NCBI GenBank assembly: GCA_030390025.1
Contig: CM059453.1
Coordinates: 6,572,001 to 6,636,000 of the forward strand
Origin: Squalus acanthias
Lineage: Eukaryota
Direction: 5' to 3'
Length of the DNA stretch: 64,000 nucleotides
Shown: positions 1 through 13,684 of the stretch, one piece after another
How the letters are laid out: the number at the start of each line of letters is the position of its first letter
Numbering within the stretch: the stretch's first letter is position 1
The notes under the pieces: generated by a model
Database searches by the model: none
Told to the model about the DNA's origin: nothing
The model's input: the letters and a program-made list of their open reading frames with translations, nothing else
Position numbers and translations under genes: made by a program

Positions 1-715
1 AAGAATGGGAGGGTTCAGGGAAAGGGAAAGTGTGAAGTGAGGAAGGAAGGGGTTCGCCGGAAGCTGGATGGGTAAAAGTTGGGGCGGCGGAGGAGGGCCT
101 ACAGATTGATTCAAACGCCAATGCCGGTCCTCCAGGGAAGGATGCCGGATACACCTACTCCAGGACCCAGGTGAACAGAGGCGGCGATGGCGCGTCTGCT
201 GTTCCTCAATGCAATCGGCGCCGTCGATCGACAGCTCGGGCCAAGTTGCACTCTGAGTTGAGGTTACTTCTGGGTATTAACAGGATGGCTAGGCAGGGGG
301 GCGGGGCAGCTGGAGGTAATGTCCTTCCAGCTATTAAACAGATTGCGGAGGAGGTGGAGGGGCAACAGGAGGAGAGGTCACTTTTGGTCTTGACATGATG
401 GTGGAGGAGGGGAGAAGGCAGCACCGGCGGCCATTGTTGGCTATCATGTCTGCGCGCTGAGATCTCTTCCTGTGAGCCATAACCCTCTTTTATAAATCTT
501 GCATTCAACAAGACTTTAAAAAACCCTTTCAAACCCCTATTATTAATGCCTTACCATATTTTATTTTCACCCACTTCATGAAACCCTTTTAAATCTACCC
601 TTTTAAATGTCCTTTTTGTATTCCTGTTTAGCTCCATTTTTAATCCAGCTTCTTAAGCGCTCCTACTAAACCCTTATTCAAGCCATTTCAAACCGATTCT
701 TAACTCTCTTTATTC

Positions 716-770
716 AGAGAACACGCAGAGAGACACACAGGGAGGGGGAGAGGGAATGGGAGAGAGAGAC

Positions 771-806
<36 letters not shown>
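716..806. repeat. (GA)n microsatellite
   Basis: Directly visible; a shorter one lies at ~1228-1247. Confidence 0.95.
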
Positions 807-807
<1 letters not shown>

Positions 808-879
808 CAAACAGAATGAGTGAGAGATAATTACATCCATGTATTACGTAGAATTCTATGCCAGTATTTTTATGCTGCA

Positions 880-1200
880 CACACGCTTCCTGCCATGCAG
901 CATCATCTCATCCCATCAGCATAACCTTCGATCCCTTTCTCCCTCATGTGTTTATCTAGCTTCCCCTTAATTGCATCTATGCTAATCACCTCAACTATTC
1001 CATGTGAGTTCCACGTTCAAACCATTCTCTAGGTAAAGCGTTTTATCATGTATTCACTATTGTTGACTACACTATTTTAAAGGCCCTTAGTTTTCCAATC
1101 CCCCACAAATCTAAACATCATCTCTAGCTCTACCCCATCAATCCCATTCATCGTTTTAAAGGCCTCTATTACCTCAGCCCTCCGTCTTCATTTTTCTACA
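880..1200 (-). mobile_element. Old CR1 3' fragment
   Basis: ttatctagcttccccttaa...gcatctat and the downstream motifs match a reverse CR1 3' region. Confidence 0.6.
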
Positions 1201-1369
1201 GAAAGGGAATGAGAGCGAGACTGTGTCAGAGAGAGAGAGAGAGAGAATGAGACGGGTGTGCCCTTAGACCAGGGCCAGATTTGTTTTACCAATTTCCCAA
1301 AATTTGGAGAAATGCGGTCAGATTTAGGACCCAGATGGTTTGGAAGAACGAGATAATGATGGTTTGTAG

Positions 1370-1714
1370 GGGATATGCTGAGAGGTTGTTTCCCCTGGCT
1401 GGTCAGTGTCTGGAACTAGGGGGCACAGTCTGAGGATAAGGGGTAGGCCATTTCACACTGAGATGGGGAGGGATTTCTTCCTTCAGAGGATTGTGAATAT
1501 TTGGAATTCTCTGCCCCAGAGGTCTGTGACTGCTGAGACTTTGAGTATATTCAAGGCTGAGATAGATAGAATTATAGACTCTAGGTATATGGAGATCGGG
1601 CGGGGAAGTGAAGTTGAGGTCGATGATCAGCCATGATCTTCTTGAATGGCGGAGCTGGCTCGAGGGGCCGTATGACTTACTCCTGCTCTTATTTTTTATA
1701 TTCTTATGTTCTTA
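1370..1714 (+). mobile_element. CR1 3' end
   Basis: TRGHSLRIRGRPF...RIVNIWNSLP and a (ttcttatg)n tail. Confidence 0.88.
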
Positions 1715-2280
1715 TTGAGGGTCCAGTTTGGTTTTACAGACTGGTTTACTGACGTGTGTTCAGGTCGAGGTTCCACTTTGTTTTTCACTGAAAGATTAGG
1801 GATTTTGGTACTGATTCAGCCCAATCCTGGTATTTGACTAGTTCATTGATTTATCTGTTTACATCTGTGACCCAGTTTGGATTTAAGACTGTCGGTTCAC
1901 AGGAAGCATCTTCTGTGTCTCGCCCACTGCTCTCTTTCGATGTGCCTGCTCCGAGGTGGTTTTGTTTACCGCTAGTGCCAGTACAGCTCCAGAGCAGAGG
2001 CGTGAGCAGCTCGGTTCTATTTGGAGCCCAATTAGTTGTGGTGACTAAAGGCCATCTATTACGTCCTTGTGTGGAGATGATGTTGGGCAATTGAACGATA
2101 CTGAGATTACTTGTTAGTCAGGCAGCATCCGGTTATAGACTCTCTTGCATTGTGAAAAGACCCTCAGTGTTTCCAGCTGTATGTTTAAACTGTAATGTAA
2201 AGTGAGAGCTCAGATTATCCATATTAATAATATATCCACGTAGTAACTAATACTGGCTAATCATCATCACGCTATTAAGC

Positions 2281-2720
2281 TGTCAGCTGTCGTTCAATTG
2301 GTAGCACTCTCGCCTCTGAGTCGAAAGGTCGTACTCCAGAGACGTGAGCAGAAAAATAAGGCTGGCACTCCCAGTGCAGAACGGAGGGAGAGCTGCACAG
2401 TCGAAGGTCACCTTTTTCAATTGAGACGGTAAAACATGGCCCCGTCTACTCTCTCTGGTGGACCTAACCAATGCGCTGCCTCTATTTAGAAGAAAAGCCA
2501 CAGAGATCTCCCTGGTGTCCTGGGCCAATATTTATCCCTCAATCACTCTCGCCAATAAAATAATATCACGTTGCTGTTTGTCGGAGCTTGCTGTGCTCAA
2601 TTGGGTGCCGCGTTTCCTACATTACAACACTGACTACACATCAAAAGTACTTCCTTCGATGTAAATCGCTTTAGGAGGCCTTGAGGTCGTGAAAGGCCCT
2701 ATAGAAATTCAATTTTTTCT
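2281..2720 (+). mobile_element. SacSINE1/DeuSINE-like tRNA-derived SINE (related copies at ~7550-7950, 12650-13050, 17740-18140, 27490-27740(-), 46790-47170)
   Basis: tRNA-like head (caattggtagcactctcgcctctgagtc), Deu-like core (ggtgtcctgggccaatatttatccctcaa), tail gtgaaaggc.ctata.aaat.caa. Family name is from recall of the consensus. Confidence 0.7.
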
Positions 2721-2756
2721 CTACTGTCTCCTCGAAGATGTTGCTTTGTAGCGTTA

Positions 2757-2900
2757 ATTTTTTTTAACGTATTCGTTCATGGGATGTGGGTGTCGCTAGC
2801 AAGGCCAGCATTTATTGCCCATCCCTATTTGCCCCTTGAGAAGGTGGTGATGAGCCGCCTTCTTGAACCGCTGCAGTCCGTGTGGGGAAGATACTCCCGC
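2757..2900 (-). mobile_element. HER1-type LINE 3' tail fragment
   Basis: tattcgttcatgggatgtgggtgtcgctagcaaggccagcatttattgccc is the reverse of the tail shared by HE1 SINE and HER1 LINE. Confidence 0.7.
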
Positions 2901-3483
2901 AATGACACACCTTTAACGTCTTTATCCCGAATTTATCTACTCCAGTAATTCACAATGGTATAATTTTCTTTGAAATAAACGGAACATAAGCTTGCAATTC
3001 ACTTTCAGATGCTGCTCGACCCGCGGTGTATTTCAACATTATATCTCTTGTTTTAAGAATGGATTGCCTCTGCTGGGATTGTAATATATTTCTTTCAACA
3101 GAGACAAAAGCCATATTTGGTTCCTTTATCAGACACTAAGCATTGCAACCAGACCCACTCCCACACAAAACATATTCCACCAGCCATCTCTAACTGTCAA
3201 CTGCAACCCACTAGGCCATGAGGTCACACATTCCCGCACCCAATGGACAGGACAATACATCAAAACCACCAATGCAGCGCAGTTCTGACTGATTCGCAAA
3301 ATGCTGCAGGGAATGGCTTTAAGATGGTTCGGGTAGCATGTGGAATATGAACGGCATCTCTCACTCCCTGCATCCTCATTGTGTTGAATTTAAAGTTCGT
3401 CACATCAACTCCCACTTTACCTCTATCCTTTCTCAAGATCTCCAATAAGTGAAGCTCTACCGTGTTCCCCCTCCCAATCTAGA

Positions 3484-5600
3484 ATCAAAGAATCATAGAA
3501 TGTGTTACAGCACTGAAGGAGGACATTCGGCCCGTCGAGCCCGTGTCAGCTCTCTGCAAGAGCACTTCAGCTAGACCCACTACCCCCGCCCTTTTCCCCG
3601 TAGCCCTGCAATTCTTTTTTCCTTAAGTTACTCAGACAGTTCCCTTTTGAAAGCCACGACTGAATCTTCCTTCACCACCCTTTCAGGCAGTGCATTGCAG
3701 ATCATAACCACTCGCTGCATATACAAAGTTTTTCTGCATGTCGCCTTTGATTCTTCTGCCAATCACCTTGAAGCTGTGTCTTCTGGTTCTCGACACCTTT
3801 CGCCAATGGGAACAGTTTTTCTCCATCTACTCGGTCTAGAGCCCTCATGATTTTGAACACCTCTATCAAATCTCCTCTCAACCTTCTCTGCTCTAAGGAG
3901 AACAACCCCTGCTTCTCCAGTCTATCCACGTAACTGAAGGCCCCCATCCATGGAAGCCTTCTTCTCATCTTTTCTGCACCCTCTCTAAGTCCTTCACATT
4001 CTTCCTAAAGTGCAGTGCCCAGAATTGGACATAATACCTCAGTTGAGGCCGAACCTGTTTTGTTTAATCTTCAGAATGTCTTCATTGCATTTGAATTCTA
4101 AGACTCTATTTATGAAGCCCAGGATCCCGTAGGCTTTTTAGTTATTTAAATAGGATTTGTATTTAACATGTCCGTGCTGGCTTTCCTTAATTAATCCAAA
4201 CTTGTCTTAGTGACTCTTAATTTTGTTCCTGATTATTGTTTCTAAAAGCTTCCCCACTACCAAGGTTAAACTGACTGGCATGTAGTTGCTGGGTTTATCA
4301 TCACATCCTTTTTTGAACAAGGGTTTAACATTTGCAATTCTCCAGTACTCTGGCACCACCCCCATATCTAAGGAGGATCGAAAGATTATGGACAGTACCT
4401 CCGTGACTTCCACTTTTCGTTCCCTCAGCATCTTAGGATGCATCCCATCCGGTCTTGTTGACTTATCTACTTTAAGTACAGCCAGCCTTTCTAGTACCTC
4501 CTCCTTATCAATTTTAAACCCATCCAGTATCTAATTACTTCCTCTTTTACCACGAATTTGGCAGCATATTCTTCCTTGTAAAAGGCAGATGCAAAGTACT
4601 CATATAGTTCCTCAGCCATGCCCTCTGCCTATTGAGTAGGTTTCCATCTTGTTCCTTAATCGGCCCCACCCCTCCTCTTACTACCCGTTTCCTATTTATA
4701 TGCATATTCAACACTTTTGAATTACCTTTTATGTTAGCTGCCAACCTATTCACATATTCTCTCTTTGCCCCTCTTATTTCCTTTTACACTTCCACTCTGA
4801 ACTTTCAATATTCAGCCTGGTTCTCACTTGTATTCTCAACCTGACATCTGTTATACGTGTCCTTTTTCTGCTACATCTTACTCACTGTCTCTTTCTTCAC
4901 CCAGGGAGCTCTGGCTTTGGTCGGTCTACCTTTCCTCCTCGTAGGAATGTACCTCGACTGTACCCGAACCACCTCCTCTTTAAAGGCAGCCCATTGTTCG
5001 ATTACAGTTTTACTTGCCTAAATATTTAATTCCAATTTACCTGGGCCAGATCCATTCTCAACCCACTGAAATTGGCCTTTTTCGAATTAAGTATTTTTAC
5101 TCTAGATTGCTCCCTGTCATTTTCCATTGCTAATCTAAACATTCTGCTACTGTGAGCACTTTTCCCTAAATGTCCCCCTACTGACACTTGCACTACTTGA
5201 CCCACCTCATTCCCAGAACCAGAACCAGCCATGCGTCCTTCCTCGTTGGGCCAGAAACCTGCGGATCAAGAAAGATTTCCTGAACAGACTATAGAAATTC
5301 TTGCCCCTCTCTGCCCTTTACACTATTACTATCCCAGACTATATTAGGAAAGTTGAATTCCCCATTATCAATACTCTATATTTCTGGCACCTCTCTGTAA
5401 ATTCCCTGCAAAGTTGCTCCTCTATATATTACCCACTAGTTGGTGTCCTATAGAATACACCTAGAAGTGCAAAGGCACCTCTATTATTTCTCAACTCTAA
5501 TCAAATAGATTCTGTCCTTGGCCCCGCCATGATATCCTTTCTCTCCAGCACTGTAATATTCTCCTTGTGCAATTCTGCCACCCACCTCCTTTTTTCCCTT
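3484..5600 (-). mobile_element. CR1 LINE, 5'-truncated and internally deleted (unit 1)
   Basis: 3' tail (ttctatgattc), C-terminal ORF2 (LFSLEQRRLRGDLIEVFK), pre-RT region (WRIANV.PLFKKG) and endonuclease fragments. Confidence 0.9.
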
Positions 5601-5804
5601 CCCTTCCTCTTACACTCTAATGAAATGTAAAGCACTAATCTGTCCAAAAAAACTGATTGAGTTGTCTCAGCTTCATTCCTACTTTTCCCTGCTTCAGCGG
5701 ATTTCTCTCTGCAAACGAAAACTTCTGCTTAGCTACCCCAACTGTAAAATTCCATTTCACAAGCTCATCTATTATTAGCGTAAATTTCTCTATTTTATCT
5801 AAAA

Positions 5805-6597
5805 GGTAATGCATTTGGGGAGCGCTAACAAGGAAAGGGAATATACATTAAATATTAGGACACTGAATAGTGTAGAGGAACAAAGGGACCATGGAGTGCA
5901 TGTCCACAGAACCCTGAAGGAAGCAGGCCAGGTAGATGAGGTGGTTAAGAAGGCATACGGAATGCTTGCCTTTATCAGCCGTGGCATAGAGCACAAGAGC
6001 AGGGGGGTTATGCTTCAACTGTACAAAACACTAGTTAGGCCTCAGCTAGAGTACTGCGTGCAGTTCTGGTCACCACATTATAGGAAAGATGTGATTGCAA
6101 TGGAGAGGTTACAGAGGAGATGTACAAGGATGTTGCCGGGAGTAGAGAATCTTAGCAATGAGGAAAGACTGGAAAGGCTGGGTCTCTTTTCTTTATAACA
6201 GAGGAGGCAGACGGGTGACCTTATAGAGGTGTATAAAATTTTGAGGGGCACAGATAAAGTGGATAGAAAGGACCTATTTCCCTTAGCAGAAGGATCACAA
6301 ACCAGAGGACACAGATTTAAAGTAATTGGTGGAAGGTTTAGAGGGATTTGAGGGGAAATGTCTTCACCCAGAGGGTTGCGGGGGTCTGGAACTCTTTGCC
6401 TGAAAGGGTGGTAGAGGCAGGAACACTAACCACCTTTAAAAAGTACTTGGATGTGCACTTGGAATGCTGTAACCTGCAGGGCTACGGACCAAGAGCTTGG
6501 AAGTGGGATTAGGCTGGATAGCTCTTTGTTGGCCAGCGCGGACACGATGGGCCGAAATGGCCTCCTCCCGTGTTGTAACTTGCTATGATTCTATGAC
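5805..6597 (+). mobile_element. CR1 LINE 3' fragment (unit 1)
   Basis: MHLG...LYKTLVRPQLEYCVQFWSPHYRKD followed by a ctatgattctatga tail. Confidence 0.92.
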
Positions 6598-6599
6598 TC

Positions 6600-7003
6600 T
6601 AAAAAGAAAGACATTGCATTTATATCGCACTTTTCACTACCACCGAACGTCCCAATGTGCTTTACAGCCAGTGAAGTTCTTTTGAACTGTAGCAAATTTG
6701 CAATGTAAGAAACGCGGCATCCAATTAGCACTCAGCAAGTTCCCACAAACGGCAACATGTTGCCTCGGTCCGAAGCTATGGAATTCCCTGCATAATCCTC
6801 GCCGCCTCGCTACCTCACTTTCCTCCATTAAGACATTCCTAAAAACCTACCTCTTTGACCAAGCTTTTGGTCACCTGCTCTAATTAATCCTTATGTGGAA
6901 AGGTGTCAGTTTGTTTGTCTTAAAATACTCCTGTGCAGCGCCTTGGGACGTTTTATGTCGTTAAAGGCGCTCTATCAATACAAGCTGTTGTTATTGTTGT
7001 TGT
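6600..7003. mobile_element. Minus-strand SINE 3' fragment followed by plus-strand L2-like LINE 3' end (also at ~11700-12103 and ~16800-17195)
   Basis: aaagaaagacattgcatttatatcgc is a reverse SINE tail; then LGPKLWNSL...KTFLKTYLF and a (ttg)n tail typical of L2. Confidence 0.7.
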
Positions 7004-8585
7004 TGAATAATTTAGGGAATTTGGTACAGATTCATGCCCCAGTTTGGTTTTAATGACTAGTTTAGGGACATTTTTTCTCACCCAGGTACAAGTTCTGTTT
7101 TTGACTAGTTTAGGGATGTGCGTTTAGTTCTGAGACCCAGTATGTGTTTAATACTGCCGGTTGATATGAAGCATCTTCAGTTTCTCACCCATTGTTCTCT
7201 TCTGATGTGCTGCTCCGCGGTGGGTTTGTTTACGCCTAGTGCATGTACCAGCTCCAGAGCAGAGGCGTGCAGAGCTCGGTTCTCTTTAGAGCCCAAATAG
7301 TTGTGGTGACTGCAGGCCATCTGTGACGTCTTAGGGTATAAATCATTTTGGACAATTGAACCCGAATGAGGTTAATTGTGGTCAGGCAGCATCCGGTTAT
7401 ACATTGTGCTGTATTGTGAAATGACCTATAATGTTTGCAGCTTCATGTTTAAGCTGTAATGTAAAGTGATAGCCCATAGCATCCATGTTAATAATATATG
7501 GCGATAACAAATAATACCTACTGATAATTATCGCGCTATTAATTAATCAGCTGTGACTAAAAGTCCAGAGACTTCAGCTCACATTCTGAGCTAGCACATC
7601 ATTGCAGTGCTGCACTGTCGGAGGTGCTGTCTTTAAGATGAAACGATAAAGCTTGGCCCGTTCCGTCCTCAAGGTCGTCCTAAAAATAAGAGCATGCCAC
7701 TATTTCGAAGAAGAGCAGCAAAGATCTCGGCGGTGTCCTGGGCCAATATTAATCCTTCAAGCAACATAACCAAAACAAATTATCCAGCTATTATCAGATA
7801 GTTGTTTGTGGGAGCTTGCTGTGCTCAAATGGTCTGCCACGTTTCATACATTACAAAAGTGACTACACATCAAAAGTACTTGATTGGCGGTAAAACGTTT
7901 TGGGTCGTCCTGAGGTGATGAAAGACTCCATTTCAATTTAACTACTTTCTTCCATTGTATCTTCCACGTTCTCCACTTAGATATTGCTGCATGTGACGTT
8001 ATTAACAAATCGATAACATCTTTATGCCACAATTACCCCTCTCCAGTACTAATAAAAGTTGCAAATTTATTTGATAAAACGGTTGAAAAACTTTGTCTTC
8101 ACTTTCAGGCGCTGGCCGACCCGCGGTGATTTTCAAATTTTTAATCTATTTTTTAAAGAATGGATTGCCTCTGCTGGGATTGTAATATATTTCTTTCAAA
8201 CAGAGACAAAAGCCATATTTGGTTCCTTTATCAGACACTAAGCATTGCAACCAGACCCACTCCCACACAAAATATATTCCACCAGCCATCTCTAACTGTC
8301 AACTGCAACCCACTAGGCCATGAGGTCACACATTCCCGCAGCCAAAAGACAGGACAATACTTCAAAACCACCAATGCAGCGCAGTTCTGACTGATTCTCA
8401 AAATGCTGCAGGGAATGGCTTTAAGATGGTTCGGGTAGCATGTGGAATATGAACGGCATCTCTCACTCCCTGCATCCTCATTTTGTTTAATTTAAAGTTC
8501 GTCACATCAACTCCCACTTTCCCTCTATCCTTTCTCAAGATCTCCAATCAGTGAAGATCTACCGTATTCCCCCTCCCAACCTAGA

Positions 8586-10700
8586 ATCAAAGAATCATAG
8601 AATGGGTTACAGCACTGAAGGAGTACATTCGGCCCGTCGAGCCCGTGCCAGCTCTCTGCAAGAGCACTTCAGCTAGTCCCACTACCCCCGCCCTTTCCCC
8701 GTAGCCCTGCAATTCTTTTTTCCTAAAGTTACTCTGTCTGTTCCCTTTTGAAAGCCACGATTGAATCTTCCTCCACCACCCTTTCAGGCAGTGCATTGCA
8801 GATCAAAACCACTCGCTGCGTATAAAAAGTTTTCCGCATGTCGCCTTTGATTCTTCTCCCAATCACCTTGAATCTGTGTCTTCTGCTTCTCGACACCTTT
8901 CGCCAATGGGAACAGTTTTTCTCCATCTACTAGGTCTAGACCCCTCATGATTGTGAACACCTCAATCAAATCTCCTCTCAACCTTCTCTGCTCTGAGGAG
9001 AACAATCCCTGCTTCTCCAGTCTATCCACGTAACTGAAGGCCCCCATCCATGGAAGCCTTCTTCTCATCTTTTCTGCACCCGCTCTAAGTCCTTCACATC
9101 CTTCCTAAAGTGCAGTTCCCAGAATTGGACACAATACCTCAGTTGAGGCCCAACCTGTGTTGTTTAAATCTTCAGCATGACTTCCTAGCATTTGAACTCT
9201 AAGACTCTATTTGTGTAGCCGAGGATCCCGTAGGCTTTTCAGTTATTTAAACAGGATTCGCCTTTAACATGCCCGTGTTGGCTTTCCTTAATTATTCCAC
9301 ACTTGTCTTAGTGACTTGTTAATTTTGTTCCAGATTATTGTTTCTAAAAGCTTCCCCACTACCGAGGTTAAACTGACTGGCATGAAGTTGCTGTGTTTAT
9401 CCTCACATTTTTTTTGAACAAGGGTGTAACATTTGCAATTCTCCAATAATCTGGCACCACCCCCGTATCCAAAGAGGATCGAAAGATTATGGACAGTACC
9501 TCCGTGATTTCCACTTTTCCCTCCCTCAGCATCTTAGGATGCATCCCACCGGTCTTGTTGACTTATCTACTTTAAGTACAGCCAGCCATTCTAGTACCTC
9601 CTCCTTATTAATTTTTATCCCATCCAGTAGCTCACTACTTCCTCTTTTACCACGAATTTGGGAGCATCTTCTTCCTTGTTAAAGGCAGATGGAAAGTACT
9701 CATTTAGTTCCTCAGACATGCCCTCTGCCTCCTTGCGTACTTTTCCATATTGGTCCCTAATCAGCCCCACCCCTCCTCTTACTACCCGTTTACTATTTAT
9801 ATGCCTATTCAACACTTTTGAAATACCTTTTATGTTAGCTGCCAACCTATTCACATATTCTCTCTCTTCCCCTCTTATTTCCTTTTAAACTTCCCCTCTG
9901 AATTTTCAATATTCAGCCTGGTTCTCACTTGAATTCTCAACCTGACAGCTGTTATACGTGTCCTTTTTCTATCCATCTTACTCACTGTCTCTTTCGTCAC
10001 CCACGGAGCTCTGGCTTTGGTCGGTCTACCTTTCCCCCTCGTAGGAATGTACCTCGACTGTACCCGAACCACTTCCTCTTTAAAGGCAGCACATTGTTCG
10101 ATTACAGTTCTGCTTGCCAATATTTAATTCCAATTAACCTGGGCCAGATCCATTCTCAACCCACTGAAATTGGCCTTTTTTCCAATTAAGTATTTTTAAT
10201 CTAGATTGCACCCTGTCCATTTCCATTGCTAATCTAAACCTTCTGATACTGTGATCACTTTTCCCTAAATGTCCCCCTACTAACACTTGCTCTACTTGAC
10301 CCACCTCATTCCCCAGAACCAGATCCAGCCATGCGTCCTTCCTCGTTGGGCCAGAAACATCCGGATCAAGAAAGTTTTCCTGAACAGACTATAGAACTTC
10401 TTGCCCCTCTCTGCCACTTACACTATTACTATCCCAGACTATATTAGCAAGTTGAAGTCCCCAATTATCAATACTCTTTATTTCTGGCACCTCTCTGTAA
10501 TTTCCCTGCAAAGTTGCTCCTCTATATATTTCACACTAGTTGATGGCCTATAGAATACACCTAGAAGTGCAATGGCACCTCTATTATTACTCAACTCTAA
10601 TCAAATATATTCTGTCCTTGGCCCCGCCAGGATATCCTTTCTCTCCAGCACTGTAATATTCTCCTTGTGCAATTCTGCCACCCACCGCCTTTTTTTCCTT
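8586..10700 (-). mobile_element. CR1 LINE (unit 2 copy)
   Basis: Collinear copy of 3484-5600. Confidence 0.9.
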
Positions 10701-10905
10701 CCCTTCCTCTTACACTCTAGAGAAATGTAAAGCTCAAATCTGTCCAAATCTAACTGATTTAGTTGTCTCAGCTTCATTCCTACTTTTCCCTGCTTCAGCG
10801 GATTTCTCTCTGAAAACGAAAAGTTCTGCTTAGCTACCCCAACTGTATAATTCCATTTCACAAGCTCATCTATTATTAGCGTTAATTTCTCTATTTTATC
10901 TAAAA

Positions 10906-11697
10906 AGTAATGCATTTGGGGAGCGCTAACAAGGAAAGGGAATATACATTAAATATTAGGACACTGAATAGTGTAGAGGAACAAAGGGAGCTTGGAGTGC
11001 ATGTCCACAGATCCCTGAAGGAAGCAGGCCAGGTAGATAAGGTGGTTAAGAAGGCATACGGAATGCTTGCCTTTATTAGCCGTGGCATCGAGCACAAGAG
11101 CAGGGGGTTATGCTTCAACTGTACAAAACACTAGTTAGGCCTCAGCTAGAGTACTGCGTGCAGTTCTGGTCACCACATTATAGGAAAGATGTGATTGCAC
11201 TAGAGAGGTTACAGAGGAGATGTACAAGGATGTTTCCGGGAGTAGAGAATCTTAGCAATGAGGAAAGACTGGAAAGGCTGGGTCTGTTTTCCTTGTAACT
11301 GAGGAGGCAGACGGGAGACCTTATGGAGGTGTATAAAGTTATGAGGGGCACAGATAAAGTGGATAGAAAGGACCTATTTCCCTTAGCAGAAGGGTCACAA
11401 ACCAGGGGGCACAGATTTAAAGTAATTGGTGGAAGGTTTAGAGGGATTTGGGGGGAAATTTCTTCACCCAGAGGGTTGCGGGGGTCTAGAACTCACTGCC
11501 TGAAAGGTTGGTAGAGGCAGGAACCCTATCCACATTTAAAAAGTACTTGGATGTGCACTTGGAATGCTGTAACCTGCAAGGCTACTGAGCAAGAGCTGGG
11601 AAGTGGGATTAGGCTGGATAGCTCTTTGTTGGCCGGCGCGGACACGATGGGCCGAAATGGCCTCCTCCCGTGCTGTAACATGCTATGATTCTATGAC
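10906..11697 (+). mobile_element. CR1 LINE 3' fragment (unit 2)
   Basis: Copy of 5805-6597. Confidence 0.9.
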
Positions 11698-13684
11698 TGT
11701 CAAAAGAAAGACATTGCATTTATACCGCACTTTTCACGACCGCCGAACGTCCCAATGTGCTTTACAGTCAGTGAAGTTCTTTGGAAGAGTAGCAATTTTG
11801 CAATGTAAGAAACGCGGCATCCAATTATCACTCAGCAAGTTCCCACAAACGGCAACGTGTTGCCTAGGTCCTAAACTCTGGAATTCCCTCCATAATCCTC
11901 GCCTCCTCGCTACCTCACTTTCCTCCATTAAGACATTCCTTAAAACCTACCGATTTGACCAAGCTTTTGGTCAACTGCTCTAATTTATCCTTATGTGGCT
12001 CGGTGTCAGTTTGTTTGTCTTAAAATACTCCTGTGCATCGCCTTGGGATGTTTTATGTCGTTAAAGCGCTATATCAATACAAGTTGTTGCTATTGTTGTT
12101 GTTGAATAATTTAGGGAATTTGGTACAGATTCATGCCCCAGTTTGGTTTTAATGACCAGTTTAGGGACATTTTTTCTCACCCAGGTACTAGTTATGTTTT
12201 TGACTAGTATAGGGATGTGCGTTTAGTTCTGTGACCCAGTTTGGGTTTAATACTGCCGGTTCATATGAAGCATCTTCAGTTTCTCACCCACTGTTCTCTT
12301 CTGATGTGCTGCTCCGCGGTGGGTTTGTTTACTCCTAGTGCGTGTACCAGCTACAGAGCAGAGGCGTGCAGAGCTCTGTTCTATTGAGAGTTCAAATAGT
12401 TGTGGTGACTGCAGGCCATCTGTTACGTCTTAGTGTGTAAATCATTTTGGACAATTGAACCAGAATGAGGTTAATTGTGGTCAGCCAGCATCCGGTTATA
12501 CATTGTGCTGTATTCTGAAATGACCTATAATGTTTGCAGCTTCATGTTTAAGCTGTAATGTAAAGTGAGAGACCATAGCATCCATGTTAATAACATAAGG
12601 AGATAACAAATAATACCTGCTGATAATTATCTCGCTATTAAGTAATCAGCTGTGACTGAAAGTCCAGAGACTTCAGCTCACATTCTAAGCTGGCACATCA
12701 TTGCAGTGCTGCACTGTCGGAGGTGCTGTCTTTAAGTTGAAACGATAAAGCGTGGCCCGTACCGTCCTTAAGGTCGTCCTAAAAATAAAAGCATGCCACT
12801 ATTTCGAAGAAGAGCAGTAAAGATCTCGGCGGTTTCCTGGGCCAATATTAATCCTTCAACCAACATCACCAAAACAAATTATCCGGCTATTATCAGATAG
12901 TTGTTTGTGGGAGCTTGCTGTGCTCAAATGGTCTGCCACGTTTCATACATTACAAAAGTGACTACACATCAAAAGTACTTAATTGGCTGTAAAACGTTTT
13001 GGGTCGTCCTGAGGTGATGAAAGGCTCCATATAAATGTAACTTCTTTCTTCCATTGTATCTTCCACGTTCTCCACTTAGATGTTGCTGCATGTGACGTTA
13101 TTAACAAATCGATAACATCTTTATGCCACAATTACCCCTCTCCAGTACTAATAAAAGGTGCAAATTTATTTGATAAAACGGATGAAAAACTTTGTCTTCA
13201 CTTTCAGGCGCTGGCCGACCCGCGGTGTTTTTAAACATTTTATCTCTTTTTTTTAAGAATGGATTGCCTCTGCTGGGATTGTAATATATTTATTTCAAAC
13301 AGAGACAAAAGCCATATTTGTTTCCTTTATCAGACACTAAGCATTGCAAACAGACCCACTCCCACACAAAACATATTCCACCAGCCATCTCTAACTGTCA
13401 ACTGCAACCCACTTGGCCATGAGGTCACACATTCCCGCAGCCAATGGACAGGACAATACATCAAAACCACCAATGCAGCGCAGTTCTAACTGATTCTCAA
13501 AATGCTGCAGGGAATGGCTTTAAGATGGTTCGGTGGCATGTGGAATATGAACTGCATCTCTCACTCGCTGCATCCTCATTGTGTTGAATTTAAAGTTCGT
13601 CACATCAACTCCCACTTTACCTCTATCCTTTCTCAAGATCTCCAATCAGTGAAGCTCTACCGTATTCCCCCTCCCAACATAGAA

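Noticed and set aside
1-470. GC-rich segment with short ORFs
   Set aside because: Truncated by the window edge with no recognisable domain; probably repeat-derived.
2075-2106. ATGATG...CTGA as a C/D box snoRNA
   Set aside because: Too short, and the boxes are not conserved in the three paralogous copies.
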